64,000 nt of DNA from a virus. The stretch's first letter is position 1; every line of letters starts with the position of its first letter. The DNA is taken from the IMG/VR virus record IMGVR_UViG_3300046533_000294, positions 63,386 through 127,385 of that record; one strand, 5' to 3'. The position numbers and the translations under genes are program-made. Positions 55,722 to 63,999 of this stretch are shown one piece after another. The notes under the pieces are model-generated. The model was not told the DNA's origin, made no database searches, and saw nothing but the letters and a program-made list of their open reading frames with translations.

Positions 55722-55844
55722 CTGACCCTCCTTCTCATTGGAGCTTCTGCTCCACGAGGCGGGGTGGGACACGGGTTCACCTAGAGTGTCCTCAGGCAGT
55801 GCCCGTTACGGCCGTATTGCCCATCCCCTCCCGCCTCGTGCAGC

Positions 55845-55881
55845 AGGAGCATAGGGCGGGCCGAAGCCCGCCCACTGCTCA
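55845..55881 (-). terminator. hairpin GGGCGGGC-TTCG-GCCCGCCC
   Basis: cUUCGg tetraloop directly after the stop at 55879. Confidence 0.5.
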
Positions 55882-56250
55882 CTTCCTGATTTGGCTCCGT
55901 CGCCGGGTCTTGGATACAACTTTGACGCCAGAGCGTGGTTGCTCGGGCAGTCTGTTGTTCCGAACGTCCTGAACGATCGCTTTTATCTGAGCGTCAGTAA
56001 GTCCTTTGATCCCGACCACATCCTCCAGCCCAACCGTTCGCATGTTCGTGTGGATCTCACGTCCTCGATCCACCATTCGGTCAGAGTAAAACTGGACGAG
56101 TGGCTGCTTTCGGAAGCCTGATGACGTCTGGCCAGCAGGCAGGAAGCGTATGTACTTGGCGCAGAACACTTCGTTATTGAACGTGATGGAAGTTTCTTCA
56201 TCAATGTTCATGAGTTCGCTCCGAGTACGCACGCTCCTGCCTTCTAGCAA
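55879..56250 (-). CDS. hypothetical protein (start uncertain)
   Basis: ORF; alternative ATG at 56211. Confidence 0.55.
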   Translation of the reverse strand: MLEGRSVRTRSELMNIDEETSITFNNEVFCAKYIRFLPAGQTSSGFRKQPLVQFYSDRMVDRGREIHTNMRTVGLEDVVGIKGLTDAQIKAIVQDVRNNRLPEQPRSGVKVVSKTRRRSQIRK

Positions 56251-56282
56251 CGCCTTCAGCTCATCATCGATGTCGATGTGAA

Positions 56283-56798
56283 CTAAGGGCGCGTTGGGAG
56301 AGACGACCTCCGACGCACCTTGACATCCGGCTTGGGCCGATTCTTGCTGCCCTTGGGACGACCGGGGCCACGCTTCGCCGCTGCGGCCGCTGCCTTGGTC
56401 TCCTTGGCAGTCGGCTTCCTGGCAGGCTTGCCGTCGGCCGGCACGCCGTCGGGACGCTTGCCCCTGCCCGTGTAGGACTTGGACATGTCCCCACCGTTCT
56501 CCACGAACATTGCCTGAACTTCCGGCACTGTGGAGCCGGTGTAGGCCGCGATGCGCTCCCAGCGCAGTCCACGATCACGAGCCTTGTTGATGTTAGCGGC
56601 TGTGAGCTTGAACTTCAGAGCTGGGTCGATCACCGCCTCGGCAACGTAGAGATACCGGGCCGCCATCGGCCTCGCGACCTTGAGAGCCGACTGCAGCGCG
56701 TCGAACTTGGCGCTGTCCTTGGCGTCTCTCAGCGGCTTGACGATCTTCACCGCTTTCGTGACCAGAGCTGGCTCCAGCTCTGCTGCGATCCTGGCCAT
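56283..56798 (-). CDS. HTH plus AT-hook DNA-binding protein
   Basis: ARDRGLRWERIAAYTG (HTH); YTGRGKRP; KRGPGRPKGSKN. Confidence 0.7.
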   Translation of the reverse strand: MARIAAELEPALVTKAVKIVKPLRDAKDSAKFDALQSALKVARPMAARYLYVAEAVIDPALKFKLTAANINKARDRGLRWERIAAYTGSTVPEVQAMFVENGGDMSKSYTGRGKRPDGVPADGKPARKPTAKETKAAAAAAKRGPGRPKGSKNRPKPDVKVRRRSSLPTRP

Positions 56799-56843
56799 GG
56801 ATCCCTCCTTCGGTAGTGGTGGATTTCAGCCACTTAGTATGAT

Positions 56844-56872
56844 ACTATACAAGTGGCGGGATGGCTAGCCAA
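56844..56872 (-). promoter_or_regulatory. sigma70/SigA-type promoter
   Basis: TTGGCT-17 bp-TATAGT on the minus strand, upstream of the AT-hook gene. Confidence 0.6.
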
Positions 56873-56920
56873 CCATCCCGGCCGAAACCCTTTGATTACC
56901 AGGGGTTTCGACCGGCATGG

Positions 56921-57253
56921 TTATCTCGACAACTCCTTGAGCGCCCATGCTGCGCCTTCAGCGAAGCTCTCGACCTGGTAGCCTGCTGCCACGACCGGCT
57001 CGCCCTTGTAGAGCAGGTACTGGCGAGTCGTGAGCGTTCGCTCGCGCTGGTTGTACGGCTCTTGTGCGAGACGGACAACCGTGAGATCGCCGTTGTCGAT
57101 CTGGAGCAGCTTCGGGTGTTCCTTGGCGACATGGATGCAGGCCTGGTTGTGAGTATCGAACTTGATCTTGCAGGCCTCACATAGCTTCATCTGCACGACC
57201 TTGAGCCCTGGAAACTCGAATGACTGAACCCAGCCAGCTTCTTCCTTGAGCAT
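56921..57253 (-). CDS. hypothetical early protein
   Basis: GAAGGAGGGTCA-ATG. Confidence 0.7.
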   Translation of the reverse strand: MLKEEAGWVQSFEFPGLKVVQMKLCEACKIKFDTHNQACIHVAKEHPKLLQIDNGDLTVVRLAQEPYNQRERTLTTRQYLLYKGEPVVAAGYQVESFAEGAAWALKELSR

Positions 57254-57313
57254 TGACCCTCCTTCTGGAGTTCTGATGAACTCCGAGCCTACCCTAGTGG
57301 GTAGACTCGCAGC

Positions 57314-57826
57314 TCACTTGAGGCTGCTGTACGCTGCCTTGAACCAGTTCATCGCCGTGCCCGTGTCGAGGCTGGAGTCGTTGTACTCGATGATGAGCGA
57401 CTCCAGCTGCTCGATGCTGTAGCCCTTGATGTCATCGTTGCTGATATGTTGGTCTTCGTACTCGTCGCCTCTGTATTCTGTCGTCACGGGTCGAGCATCG
57501 ACAGGGATCGCCAACGCGAGTGCAAGCAGCGACTTCTCCAGTGCCTTCAATCTGGCCTTGGGGTAGTTCTGGTCGCCTCTGAAGTAGACCGACGGGTTGT
57601 TGATCGACGGGCAGTATGCCATCAAACCCGAATCGTAGTCGTCAGACTTCGCGATGACGACACGCGCGAGCTTCGAGTTGATGACCGCGAGGCCGACGGC
57701 ACAACCATCTGGCTTCTTGTTTCCGTTGGCTTCTGCTTCCTGCATCAGCTCGCCACAGAGCCAGTGTCCGGCCCTGATGTCCAGGATGGACTCCTCCAGG
57801 ACGACCTTGGCTGTCATTCTCGGCAT
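57314..57826 (-). CDS. hypothetical protein, paralog of 60533-61222 (DUF6197-like)
   Basis: W.CG.L...NG.KKP.GCA.GL, LALAIP and YND...WF motifs shared. Confidence 0.7.
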   Translation of the reverse strand: MPRMTAKVVLEESILDIRAGHWLCGELMQEAEANGNKKPDGCAVGLAVINSKLARVVIAKSDDYDSGLMAYCPSINNPSVYFRGDQNYPKARLKALEKSLLALALAIPVDARPVTTEYRGDEYEDQHISNDDIKGYSIEQLESLIIEYNDSSLDTGTAMNWFKAAYSSLK

Positions 57827-57967
57827 TGACCCTCCTTCGTTACGGTACTCTCATGAGCACCGGGCCTGCCCCGAAGGACAGACCCGCTGATCACTTTCGC
57901 CAACGCTCCCGAATAATTAGCCACATTATGCGGAACCAACGCGGCGATAGGAAGATTGGCGGTTGTG

Positions 57968-58228
57968 TCACTTGCTGTGCACCACCATGACCAGGCGTTC
58001 GATCGGGATGCTGGCCTGCTTGCCCTTTGCAGGGCCGTTCTTGGGCCAGAACTTCACCCAACGATTCTCATGCTCGTCGTTGAAGAACTCGACGGGCTTG
58101 AATCGGTCAGTGCCGGTTGTAGGTCTCATTTTGGCGATCGAATAGATGGCGTTGTCGCCTGCTTCCTCGACCACGATCGCCTCGATGTTGTACAAGACGA
58201 CGTTCTCCTGTTCCTGCTGTACGACCAT
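57968..58228 (-). CDS. hypothetical protein
   Basis: 86 aa, TAATG coupling. Confidence 0.6.
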   Translation of the reverse strand: MVVQQEQENVVLYNIEAIVVEEAGDNAIYSIAKMRPTTGTDRFKPVEFFNDEHENRWVKFWPKNGPAKGKQASIPIERLVMVVHSK

Positions 58229-58476
58229 TATGCCTCCGTGAACTGGTGAGTCGCCACGGGCTCGGTGCTATCCGGGTCGAACAATTCGACTCCGATGTCA
58301 CCGCTCTCGTGGCGATGGATGAATAAGCCGAAGATCACACGGTTGTCGATCTTGAAGATGAGGTCGTGCTCCCAATCCATCATTTCTGGTAACACCGGAA
58401 GCTGGATCGCAGCTGTGACATCAGCCTCATCATACGGAACGACTTTGATCTTGAGGAGCTTCGGCGGATTCGTCAC
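58228..58476 (-). CDS. hypothetical protein
   Basis: 82 aa; frame continues from the consensus RBS at ~58487. Confidence 0.6.
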   Translation of the reverse strand: MTNPPKLLKIKVVPYDEADVTAAIQLPVLPEMMDWEHDLIFKIDNRVIFGLFIHRHESGDIGVELFDPDSTEPVATHQFTEA

Positions 58477-58556
58477 TTCAGCATGACCCTCCTTCGCTGT
58501 ACTCGGAGTCGGGTGACTCCAGCCCCCGGTGACCGCAGAGACACCGGGAGCTGCAA

Positions 58557-58781
58557 CTACCCGACCTGCTGTACGGGGTAGTGCGGCTTGATGTGCTTGT
58601 TGATATAGCTGCCGACGCTTCGAGCGTTAGCAGCCACAACGGCACGTTGGTATGGCACGCCTGTGTAGGCGTACGTCTTGTCGCTCTTGTACGTGACGTA
58701 CATGATGCTCTTGTCACTGTCCCAAGAGATCGACTTGACATTGCTGGAATGAGGAACTGGAATCGGCCTTGGTGTACTCAT
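58557..58781 (-). CDS. KTSC-domain protein
   Basis: SSNVKSISWD....YV.YK....Y.Y.GVP........SVGSYINKHIK. Confidence 0.85.
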   Translation of the reverse strand: MSTPRPIPVPHSSNVKSISWDSDKSIMYVTYKSDKTYAYTGVPYQRAVVAANARSVGSYINKHIKPHYPVQQVG

Positions 58782-58861
58782 GGCGTCACCAGCTCGATCG
58801 CGTCCTTGACATGATGAAGCAGAACGAGGATCTCGAACAGCAGAAGATACACGTGTCTCAT
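58778..58861 (-). CDS. hydrophobic peptide (27 aa)
   Basis: MRHVYLLLFEILVLLHHVKDAIELVTP; ATGA overlaps at both ends. Confidence 0.5.
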   Translation of the reverse strand: MRHVYLLLFEILVLLHHVKDAIELVTP

Positions 58862-59055
58862 TTCGCACGCGCTTCCCCGGCCATGAACCGCTTGGCTGCT
58901 TCCTTTGGCTTCATCCCCACCATGTACCAGTCGTGCAACAGATCTTCGTCGCACTCGTCGCGCATGGTCAGGTAGATTTCACCCGTTTCAGCCTCGCGCA
59001 TCTTGCTGACTTGATCGCCGAAGCGATCGCTCCAGTGAGTGAACGTGTAGCTCAT
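58858..59055 (-). CDS. hypothetical protein
   Basis: 65 aa, coupled. Confidence 0.6.
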   Translation of the reverse strand: MSYTFTHWSDRFGDQVSKMREAETGEIYLTMRDECDEDLLHDWYMVGMKPKEAAKRFMAGEARAK

Positions 59056-59186
59056 GATGCGTACTTCCTTCTCTTCAACTCAGAGAGGATCGCAGGCATG
59101 AACGTTTTGGGCACGTTCCCTGTTCTGACTAGGCCGAGGATCTCATCGAGCGAGAGTCGCCGCAGATACCAGCGAAACTCGTTCAT
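59052..59186 (-). CDS. hypothetical protein (44 aa)
   Basis: MNEFRWYLRRLSLDEILGLVRTG...; ATGA overlaps on both sides. Confidence 0.55.
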   Translation of the reverse strand: MNEFRWYLRRLSLDEILGLVRTGNVPKTFMPAILSELKRRKYAS

Positions 59187-59386
59187 GTGATCACCTTGTT
59201 GGCCTTCAGCAGATCCACGATCGTCTGGCGGTCGGCGTTGACGTTGCCAGTACGAGCGAGCCAGAGACAGTAATCGATGATCTCTCCTCGGTTCTTGTAC
59301 TCAACGCTGAAGATCTCCTTGTTGCTGGCGGTCTTCACCGTCACGACGTGTCCGACACGAGTCACGCTGATGTTCACTTGCGCCAT
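59183..59386 (-). CDS. hypothetical protein
   Basis: 67 aa, coupled. Confidence 0.6.
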   Translation of the reverse strand: MAQVNISVTRVGHVVTVKTASNKEIFSVEYKNRGEIIDYCLWLARTGNVNADRQTIVDLLKANKVIT

Positions 59387-59916
59387 CACCAACCCTCTTT
59401 CGCTGCGCAGATCGGGCCGATGCCTCTTGCTCGACTCTGCTCATCGGTGAGAGTCCGTCCGCAAATCCCGCACTTGCCCAGCTCACGCCCGTAGCGCATG
59501 CTGGCTTCTGCCGGATTCTTGGAGATCTCGGTCATGATGGACTTCTTGTGCTCCGTGTTTTTGATCGGATAACGCTCATCCGAAGCACGGACGTTCAGGA
59601 AGGTGTAGCCTGCCCACTTGCCCTCAGTCGGCTTGTCTACGTGGTAGAACTTCAGGACATCGTCCATCGGATCGACCACGGCATACCTGCCGGCCGGGAC
59701 ATCAGGCCAATCTCTACTGACCTGCTTCTTGGGACATGCCTTTAGCCCGTCGATGATTCGACTGGCCTCACCCTTGGTGAGCTTCCGTCCACCGAGATGG
59801 ACTCGGGCAATGAACTCAGCCTGCTCATCCGACATCTCGTGTTTCTGTGAGAGGTCGTGGATGAACTCTAGCTGGCTCTCCGATGCTGGATCCTCTGTCC
59901 AGGCTGTCGTTGCCAT
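59386..59916 (-). CDS. DUF6011-like protein
   Basis: C-terminal CGICGRTLTD..SRARGIGP.C; consensus RBS. Confidence 0.75.
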   Translation of the reverse strand: MATTAWTEDPASESQLEFIHDLSQKHEMSDEQAEFIARVHLGGRKLTKGEASRIIDGLKACPKKQVSRDWPDVPAGRYAVVDPMDDVLKFYHVDKPTEGKWAGYTFLNVRASDERYPIKNTEHKKSIMTEISKNPAEASMRYGRELGKCGICGRTLTDEQSRARGIGPICAAKEGW

Positions 59917-59990
59917 ACTCCCCTCCTTCGTGGTTGATGCTCGGCTGAGCACCGAGCCTACCCGTCGTGTCGGACGGACAGACTCGCTGA

Positions 59991-60194
59991 TCAGGTTGGC
60001 TCGTAGATGAATGGTTCGTCTCCGAAGTTGCCCACCCACTTGTCGGGGCTGAGCAGCTTCGGGTACCAGATGTCAACCATCAGCTCGCAGCCCGCGTCCG
60101 TGTTATCGAACTTGAGCTTGAACATCGGGTTGCCCTTGGTGTCAGCAACGATGATCTCTGACTCGTCCTGATGGAGAGTAACTATCTGTGGCAT
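59991..60194 (-). CDS. hypothetical protein
   Basis: 67 aa; TGATG coupling; stop inside a hairpin. Confidence 0.6.
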   Translation of the reverse strand: MPQIVTLHQDESEIIVADTKGNPMFKLKFDNTDAGCELMVDIWYPKLLSPDKWVGNFGDEPFIYEPT

Positions 60195-60469
60195 CAGAAC
60201 ACGCTGATGATCATGGCGCTGTCTTCCACAACGCCGTCTCGGTGGAGCGAATCGACTTTCAGGATCACTCTGATGCCATCGTCGTGAAGACTCGGGGTGA
60301 CCTTGAAGATCTTTTCGCTCTCTGAATCCGCGATGAAGAACGAGCCGCGATCGCTCTTCGCATCGTCGCTGATCCATGCCAGCATGAGCGTCGGCTGCGC
60401 TTCGTCGTGAAACGAGATCGTCTCAAGATCGTCGTTGACCGTGAACTTGTCTGATCTGACTTCGTCCAT
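60194..60469 (-). CDS. acidic hypothetical protein
   Basis: GAAGGAGGGTCA-ATG. Confidence 0.7.
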   Translation of the reverse strand: MDEVRSDKFTVNDDLETISFHDEAQPTLMLAWISDDAKSDRGSFFIADSESEKIFKVTPSLHDDGIRVILKVDSLHRDGVVEDSAMIISVF

Positions 60470-60532
60470 TGACCCTCCTTCTGGTGTTCTGTCTGAACAC
60501 CGAGCCCATCCTTGTTGGGATGGACTCGCTGG

Positions 60533-61222
60533 TCAGGCGTCGCCCTCGTACATCTCGACCAAAGCGTCTTCGGTGTCGCTGTTGGTCGGGTAGCACTGCT
60601 GACAAGACGGATCTTCACAGCCGTCCTCGTCCTGCATCCACGTCGAGGCCTGCTTGCCGGCGGATCGGCGCAGACGTGCGATGCCGATGGCGTTGCAGAA
60701 CCACGACGCTGCATCGCCTCTCGTGATGTCGTCGTCGTTGTAGGCGACAACGCAGTCGGCAGCTCCTGAAACGTCGTGAGGGATGTTATCCGCCCACTTG
60801 TCGTACGCCTCATCGACTTCGTTGTACCAGCCAGCCTTACTGACGGTGATCTCTTTCGGGATCGCCAGCGCGAGGCATACGATCGCCTCTGCTGTCGTTG
60901 AAGTCGCGTACAGATCGCTCTGCTCGAAGATGCCCTGGACTTCGTACTGTCCAGTCGGCACGTCCTTGCCGATCTCGTTGTCCCACAGCCTCACTACTCT
61001 GGTAGAGAAGCTAGCCAGACCGCCGTTCATGCCGATCAGGCCGAGAGCGCAGCCCTCGGGCTTCTTATGCCCGTTGAGCACACAGGCTCGCGTGAGCGTG
61101 CCGCAGATCCAGCTCCAGGGGATGTCGTTGTACGACAGCTCCAGGATCTCAACTGCGTCATCACCCACACGATCGAGTGCGAACTCCAGCACGCCCGGTG
61201 ACGTCTCGATCAATGGTGGCAT
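60533..61222 (-). CDS. hypothetical protein, paralog of 57314-57826
   Basis: Shared motifs; consensus RBS. Confidence 0.7.
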   Translation of the reverse strand: MPPLIETSPGVLEFALDRVGDDAVEILELSYNDIPWSWICGTLTRACVLNGHKKPEGCALGLIGMNGGLASFSTRVVRLWDNEIGKDVPTGQYEVQGIFEQSDLYATSTTAEAIVCLALAIPKEITVSKAGWYNEVDEAYDKWADNIPHDVSGAADCVVAYNDDDITRGDAASWFCNAIGIARLRRSAGKQASTWMQDEDGCEDPSCQQCYPTNSDTEDALVEMYEGDA

Positions 61223-61300
61223 AACCCTCCTTCGGTTGTTGTTACTGGTGCCTGGTGAGCACCGAGCCTATCCGATCCATCGGACGGACAGACTCGCTAC

Positions 61301-61444
61301 TCACTTCCTTTGCTCTTTCTCGCAGTCGTCGCAGATTCCAGACACGACGTTGCTACCACGAGCCTGAGCCATGGCCAGGTCGTGGCCGGTGACTTGGACG
61401 TACTTGATCTTGTGGCAAACGGTGCAGTAGCCAACGAGTCTCAT
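61301..61444 (-). CDS. small Zn-binding protein (47 aa)
   Basis: CTVCH...CDDC; not in the ORF track; stop inside a hairpin. Confidence 0.6.
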   Translation of the reverse strand: MRLVGYCTVCHKIKYVQVTGHDLAMAQARGSNVVSGICDDCEKEQRK

Positions 61445-61677
61445 CCCGGGCACTCGCTTTCGAGATGAACGAGATCGAGATCACCTTGGCTATCAAGAGC
61501 ATCGTAGTGCCTCAGCCCGTGTTTAATGGGCACGCGAACCCGGTTGGGCTCACGCTTCCATGTCTGCACTTGACCATTCACCTTCCAGCGTTGGCAAGTG
61601 CCATCGCTGTTCCTGTTGATGTCGTGGTGAAGGATCTGGCCACGCTTCAGGCTTTTTGCTTGCTCCAACGTGATCAT
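61441..61677 (-). CDS. hypothetical protein
   Basis: 78 aa from ATG 61677, coupled. Confidence 0.65.
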   Translation of the reverse strand: MITLEQAKSLKRGQILHHDINRNSDGTCQRWKVNGQVQTWKREPNRVRVPIKHGLRHYDALDSQGDLDLVHLESECPG

Positions 61678-61910
61678 GTCGACACCTGGCCTTGGGGCGA
61701 GATGCCGCCATAAATCGGCTGGCCATGATCCGTCCAGTGCATCGTGAAGCACAGATAGTTGTCTGGCAGATCGAGTCCGCCTTTCTGAACAACCACGTTT
61801 TCAAGTTTCGGATTGTTCAGGATAACATCAATGCTGTGCTTCTGTGCAGTCGTCATGGTGTTGAATGCCTCTTGCGTCATCTTGACCTTGATCACTTGTG
61901 TGACCTCCAT
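61674..61910 (-). CDS. hypothetical protein
   Basis: 78 aa. Confidence 0.6.
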   Translation of the reverse strand: MEVTQVIKVKMTQEAFNTMTTAQKHSIDVILNNPKLENVVVQKGGLDLPDNYLCFTMHWTDHGQPIYGGISPQGQVST

Positions 61911-62275
61911 GCGACGATTCTGTCTCCGGGCATGAACACGACTGGCTTTTCCATCTGTGAATGAAGGAAGCGATGCTTGTGCTTAACAACTTGCTCGCCC
62001 TTCTCCACCAGGCCACAATCACCCTCGATGTAGTACACACCGAATTGGAAAGTGACATAGTGCTCGAACTCTTGCCCTGACCACTTCGATCCGAGCTTGT
62101 TGTCTGGATCGAATGTCCAGGTGCCGAGGTCAGCGAACTTCTTGCCAGTCTGATATTCCCGGTCAGCATCTTCGTCCATGTAGGCCACGGTGTAGCAGAA
62201 GTCAAGCATCTGCTGATCCCAGATGAGATCCTTGCGACGCTTGCCTTTTCGCTCCACATAGATGTTGAGTGGCAT
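61892..62275 (-). CDS. hypothetical protein
   Basis: 127 aa after a GAAGGAGGG RBS. Confidence 0.65.
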   Translation of the reverse strand: MPLNIYVERKGKRRKDLIWDQQMLDFCYTVAYMDEDADREYQTGKKFADLGTWTFDPDNKLGSKWSGQEFEHYVTFQFGVYYIEGDCGLVEKGEQVVKHKHRFLHSQMEKPVVFMPGDRIVAWRSHK

Positions 62276-62348
62276 TTTGCTGGCCCTCCTTCGTGGCGTC
62301 TTATGAACACCGGCCCCACAGATCGTAGCTGACCTGTGGAGCCGCTAT

Positions 62349-62573
62349 TCACTCTTCACTACCTGGTTGATCTCGAACGATGTACAGCTTCGGCTTTGAA
62401 GCCTTGGGAACTGGAATCCGCTTGGGCGTAATCGGCTTCGACTTCACTGGTTCGTTCCCGTCAAAGAACACGGTCTTGACTACCTTGTTATGTCTCGACC
62501 ACCAGCCGAGAATGAAACACAGTATGAGAATCGAGCCGGGAATGTCGATGAAGATGAACTTCACGACACTCAC
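62349..62573 (-). CDS. membrane protein (74 aa)
   Basis: GTG overlaps the stop of an 11-codon minigene; N-terminal hydrophobic helix. Confidence 0.55.
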   Translation of the reverse strand: MSVVKFIFIDIPGSILILCFILGWWSRHNKVVKTVFFDGNEPVKSKPITPKRIPVPKASKPKLYIVRDQPGSEE

Positions 62574-62673
62574 CTTCGATCGGTTCTGTTCCCCAGTCGT
62601 ATCATTTGACCCTCCTTCGGATGATGCTCGGATGAGCACCCGCCAACACACTCTGCGATGTGCCAGCGGCTGA

Positions 62674-62916
62674 TCAGTTGCGTACCCGAACAGCGATGTA
62701 GTCGCGCAGCTTTCCGTTCTTGTTTAGGATCGTGGCTGTCCAGTCTTTGGCGTCACTGTAGTCCGTTTTGCGCTGTCGAATGATCGCTTGCCTGTTCCCC
62801 GCGTAAGCACGCAGGGCATGAAGTGCGGTCGGTGCTTCGACTTCCGCTACTTTGCGGAACTGGTTGTGGGTTCTGCCGTCGTACCACGTTCTGATCTCGA
62901 ACTTGCCTACTGTCAT
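62674..62916 (-). CDS. hypothetical protein
   Basis: 80 aa, ATGA coupling. Confidence 0.6.
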   Translation of the reverse strand: MTVGKFEIRTWYDGRTHNQFRKVAEVEAPTALHALRAYAGNRQAIIRQRKTDYSDAKDWTATILNKNGKLRDYIAVRVRN

Positions 62917-63281
62917 CGGAGCAATACCTCCGGGCCGAACCAGATGTGGTTCATGACGCCGACGAGTCGATGAGAGATCTTGTGTGCCATCCATGAGTCG
63001 CGGTTGGGATTGTCTTCTTCGATGCCGGCGTTCTCTGCCTCGATCTCGATGTTGTCTGTGATCGGAATCAGGATCTGCTTCATGACGTCCTTGGGACATG
63101 CTTCCCAGATGCAGCATGGGTTGCCCCACTTGGCGTCTTCGATCGCAACACGCTCTGCGAGCTTAGGCGTGAGCCCGCGCTCGTGAGCGCACTCCGAGCA
63201 GATCCACGTTCTGACATCGTCGCCTGCGACACCTGTCGTCATCATGGACTGTGGGCAGTCGAAACAGCTTACAATTGCCAT
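62913..63281 (-). CDS. Zn-ribbon-containing hypothetical protein
   Basis: CFDC...CSEC; consensus RBS. Confidence 0.65.
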   Translation of the reverse strand: MAIVSCFDCPQSMMTTGVAGDDVRTWICSECAHERGLTPKLAERVAIEDAKWGNPCCIWEACPKDVMKQILIPITDNIEIEAENAGIEEDNPNRDSWMAHKISHRLVGVMNHIWFGPEVLLR

Positions 63282-63342
63282 GTTCCCTCCTTCGTTTGAT
63301 GAACACCGACAGGCCGGGGGACAACTCCCGGCCCGCCGCTGG

Positions 63343-63696
63343 TCACCGTTTGTATGGCGACAGCGCTTTGACGCGTTGGAGATACTCGGGTGCGTCGTGA
63401 AGCTGTGTGTCCGGTTCGTCACAGGTGTCGAACTGATCGAACTTGTCGATGAGGGCCCACTCGCCAGCTTCACCCATGTAGATGTAGCCGACGAATCTGC
63501 CGTCAATCTTGTACACGTAGCACTCGAAGCCTGTGTCGATGTGAGGATAGTCGCCACCGATGTCTTTGGCTGTTCGTTCTGCTACGCCATTGAGATCAGC
63601 ACGAAACTGCTCCTCAGTCATTTCTCGTCCTGGTACTGGTTGTGGCGGATTCTCCTTGCGGAACTTCACAAGGAAATCTGCTTGCTCCTCGTTCAT
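63343..63696 (-). CDS. hypothetical protein
   Basis: GAAGGAGGGTC-ATG; stop inside a hairpin. Confidence 0.7.
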   Translation of the reverse strand: MNEEQADFLVKFRKENPPQPVPGREMTEEQFRADLNGVAERTAKDIGGDYPHIDTGFECYVYKIDGRFVGYIYMGEAGEWALIDKFDQFDTCDEPDTQLHDAPEYLQRVKALSPYKR

Positions 63697-63774
63697 GACC
63701 CTCCTTCTGTTGGTGATGAACACCGGCCCCGCCATGTCGAACGTCCCTGATCTCCATGACGGAGCCACTGGTCA

Positions 63775-63999
63775 CTACCCCAGTTCTTTGTTCAACCTGT
63801 TCGTCTTGCTGGACATGATCGCGCCTAGTGTACCTGGCGCGTGCTTCGGCTCCTCATCTTTCGTGATCCAGATCTGAGCCTGCCCAACACCGAGGCTGTC
63901 GAACGCACGGTACAGCTTCCAGTGATCCTCACATCCGTGAGCCCACGGGCCAAACCGCGTCTTGAAGTCGTACGGGCCTGGCGTCTTCGTGCCCTCCTG
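63775..63999 (-). CDS. partial hypothetical protein (5' end outside the window)
   Basis: Open frame ...QEGTKTPGPYDFK...NKELG* running off the window edge. Confidence 0.55.
   Translation of the reverse strand, partial: QEGTKTPGPYDFKTRFGPWAHGCEDHWKLYRAFDSLGVGQAQIWITKDEEPKHAPGTLGAIMSSKTNRLNKELG

Larger units (their letters stand above)
57277..63774 (-). repeat. ten intergenic hairpins with a conserved G-G mismatch, each followed by a GAAGGAGGG RBS
   Basis: 57277-57316, 57854-57893, 58511-58562, 59946-59993, 60494-60535, 61256-61303, 62304-62351, 62633-62676, 63300-63345, 63717-63774. Confidence 0.85.

Noticed and set aside
55780-55881. Possible tRNA/ncRNA or a further G-G hairpin before the helicase
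   Set aside because: No cloverleaf or T-loop consensus. The hairpin has G-A/T-T rather than G-G mismatches, so it is recorded only as a terminator-like stem.
57277-63774. CRISPR array or integron attC interpretation of the repeated hairpins
   Set aside because: The repeats are not identical, are separated by whole genes and depend on G-U pairs. No cas genes or integrase are in the window; the PD-(D/E)XK protein fits a recombination exonuclease beside Sak4 and SSB.
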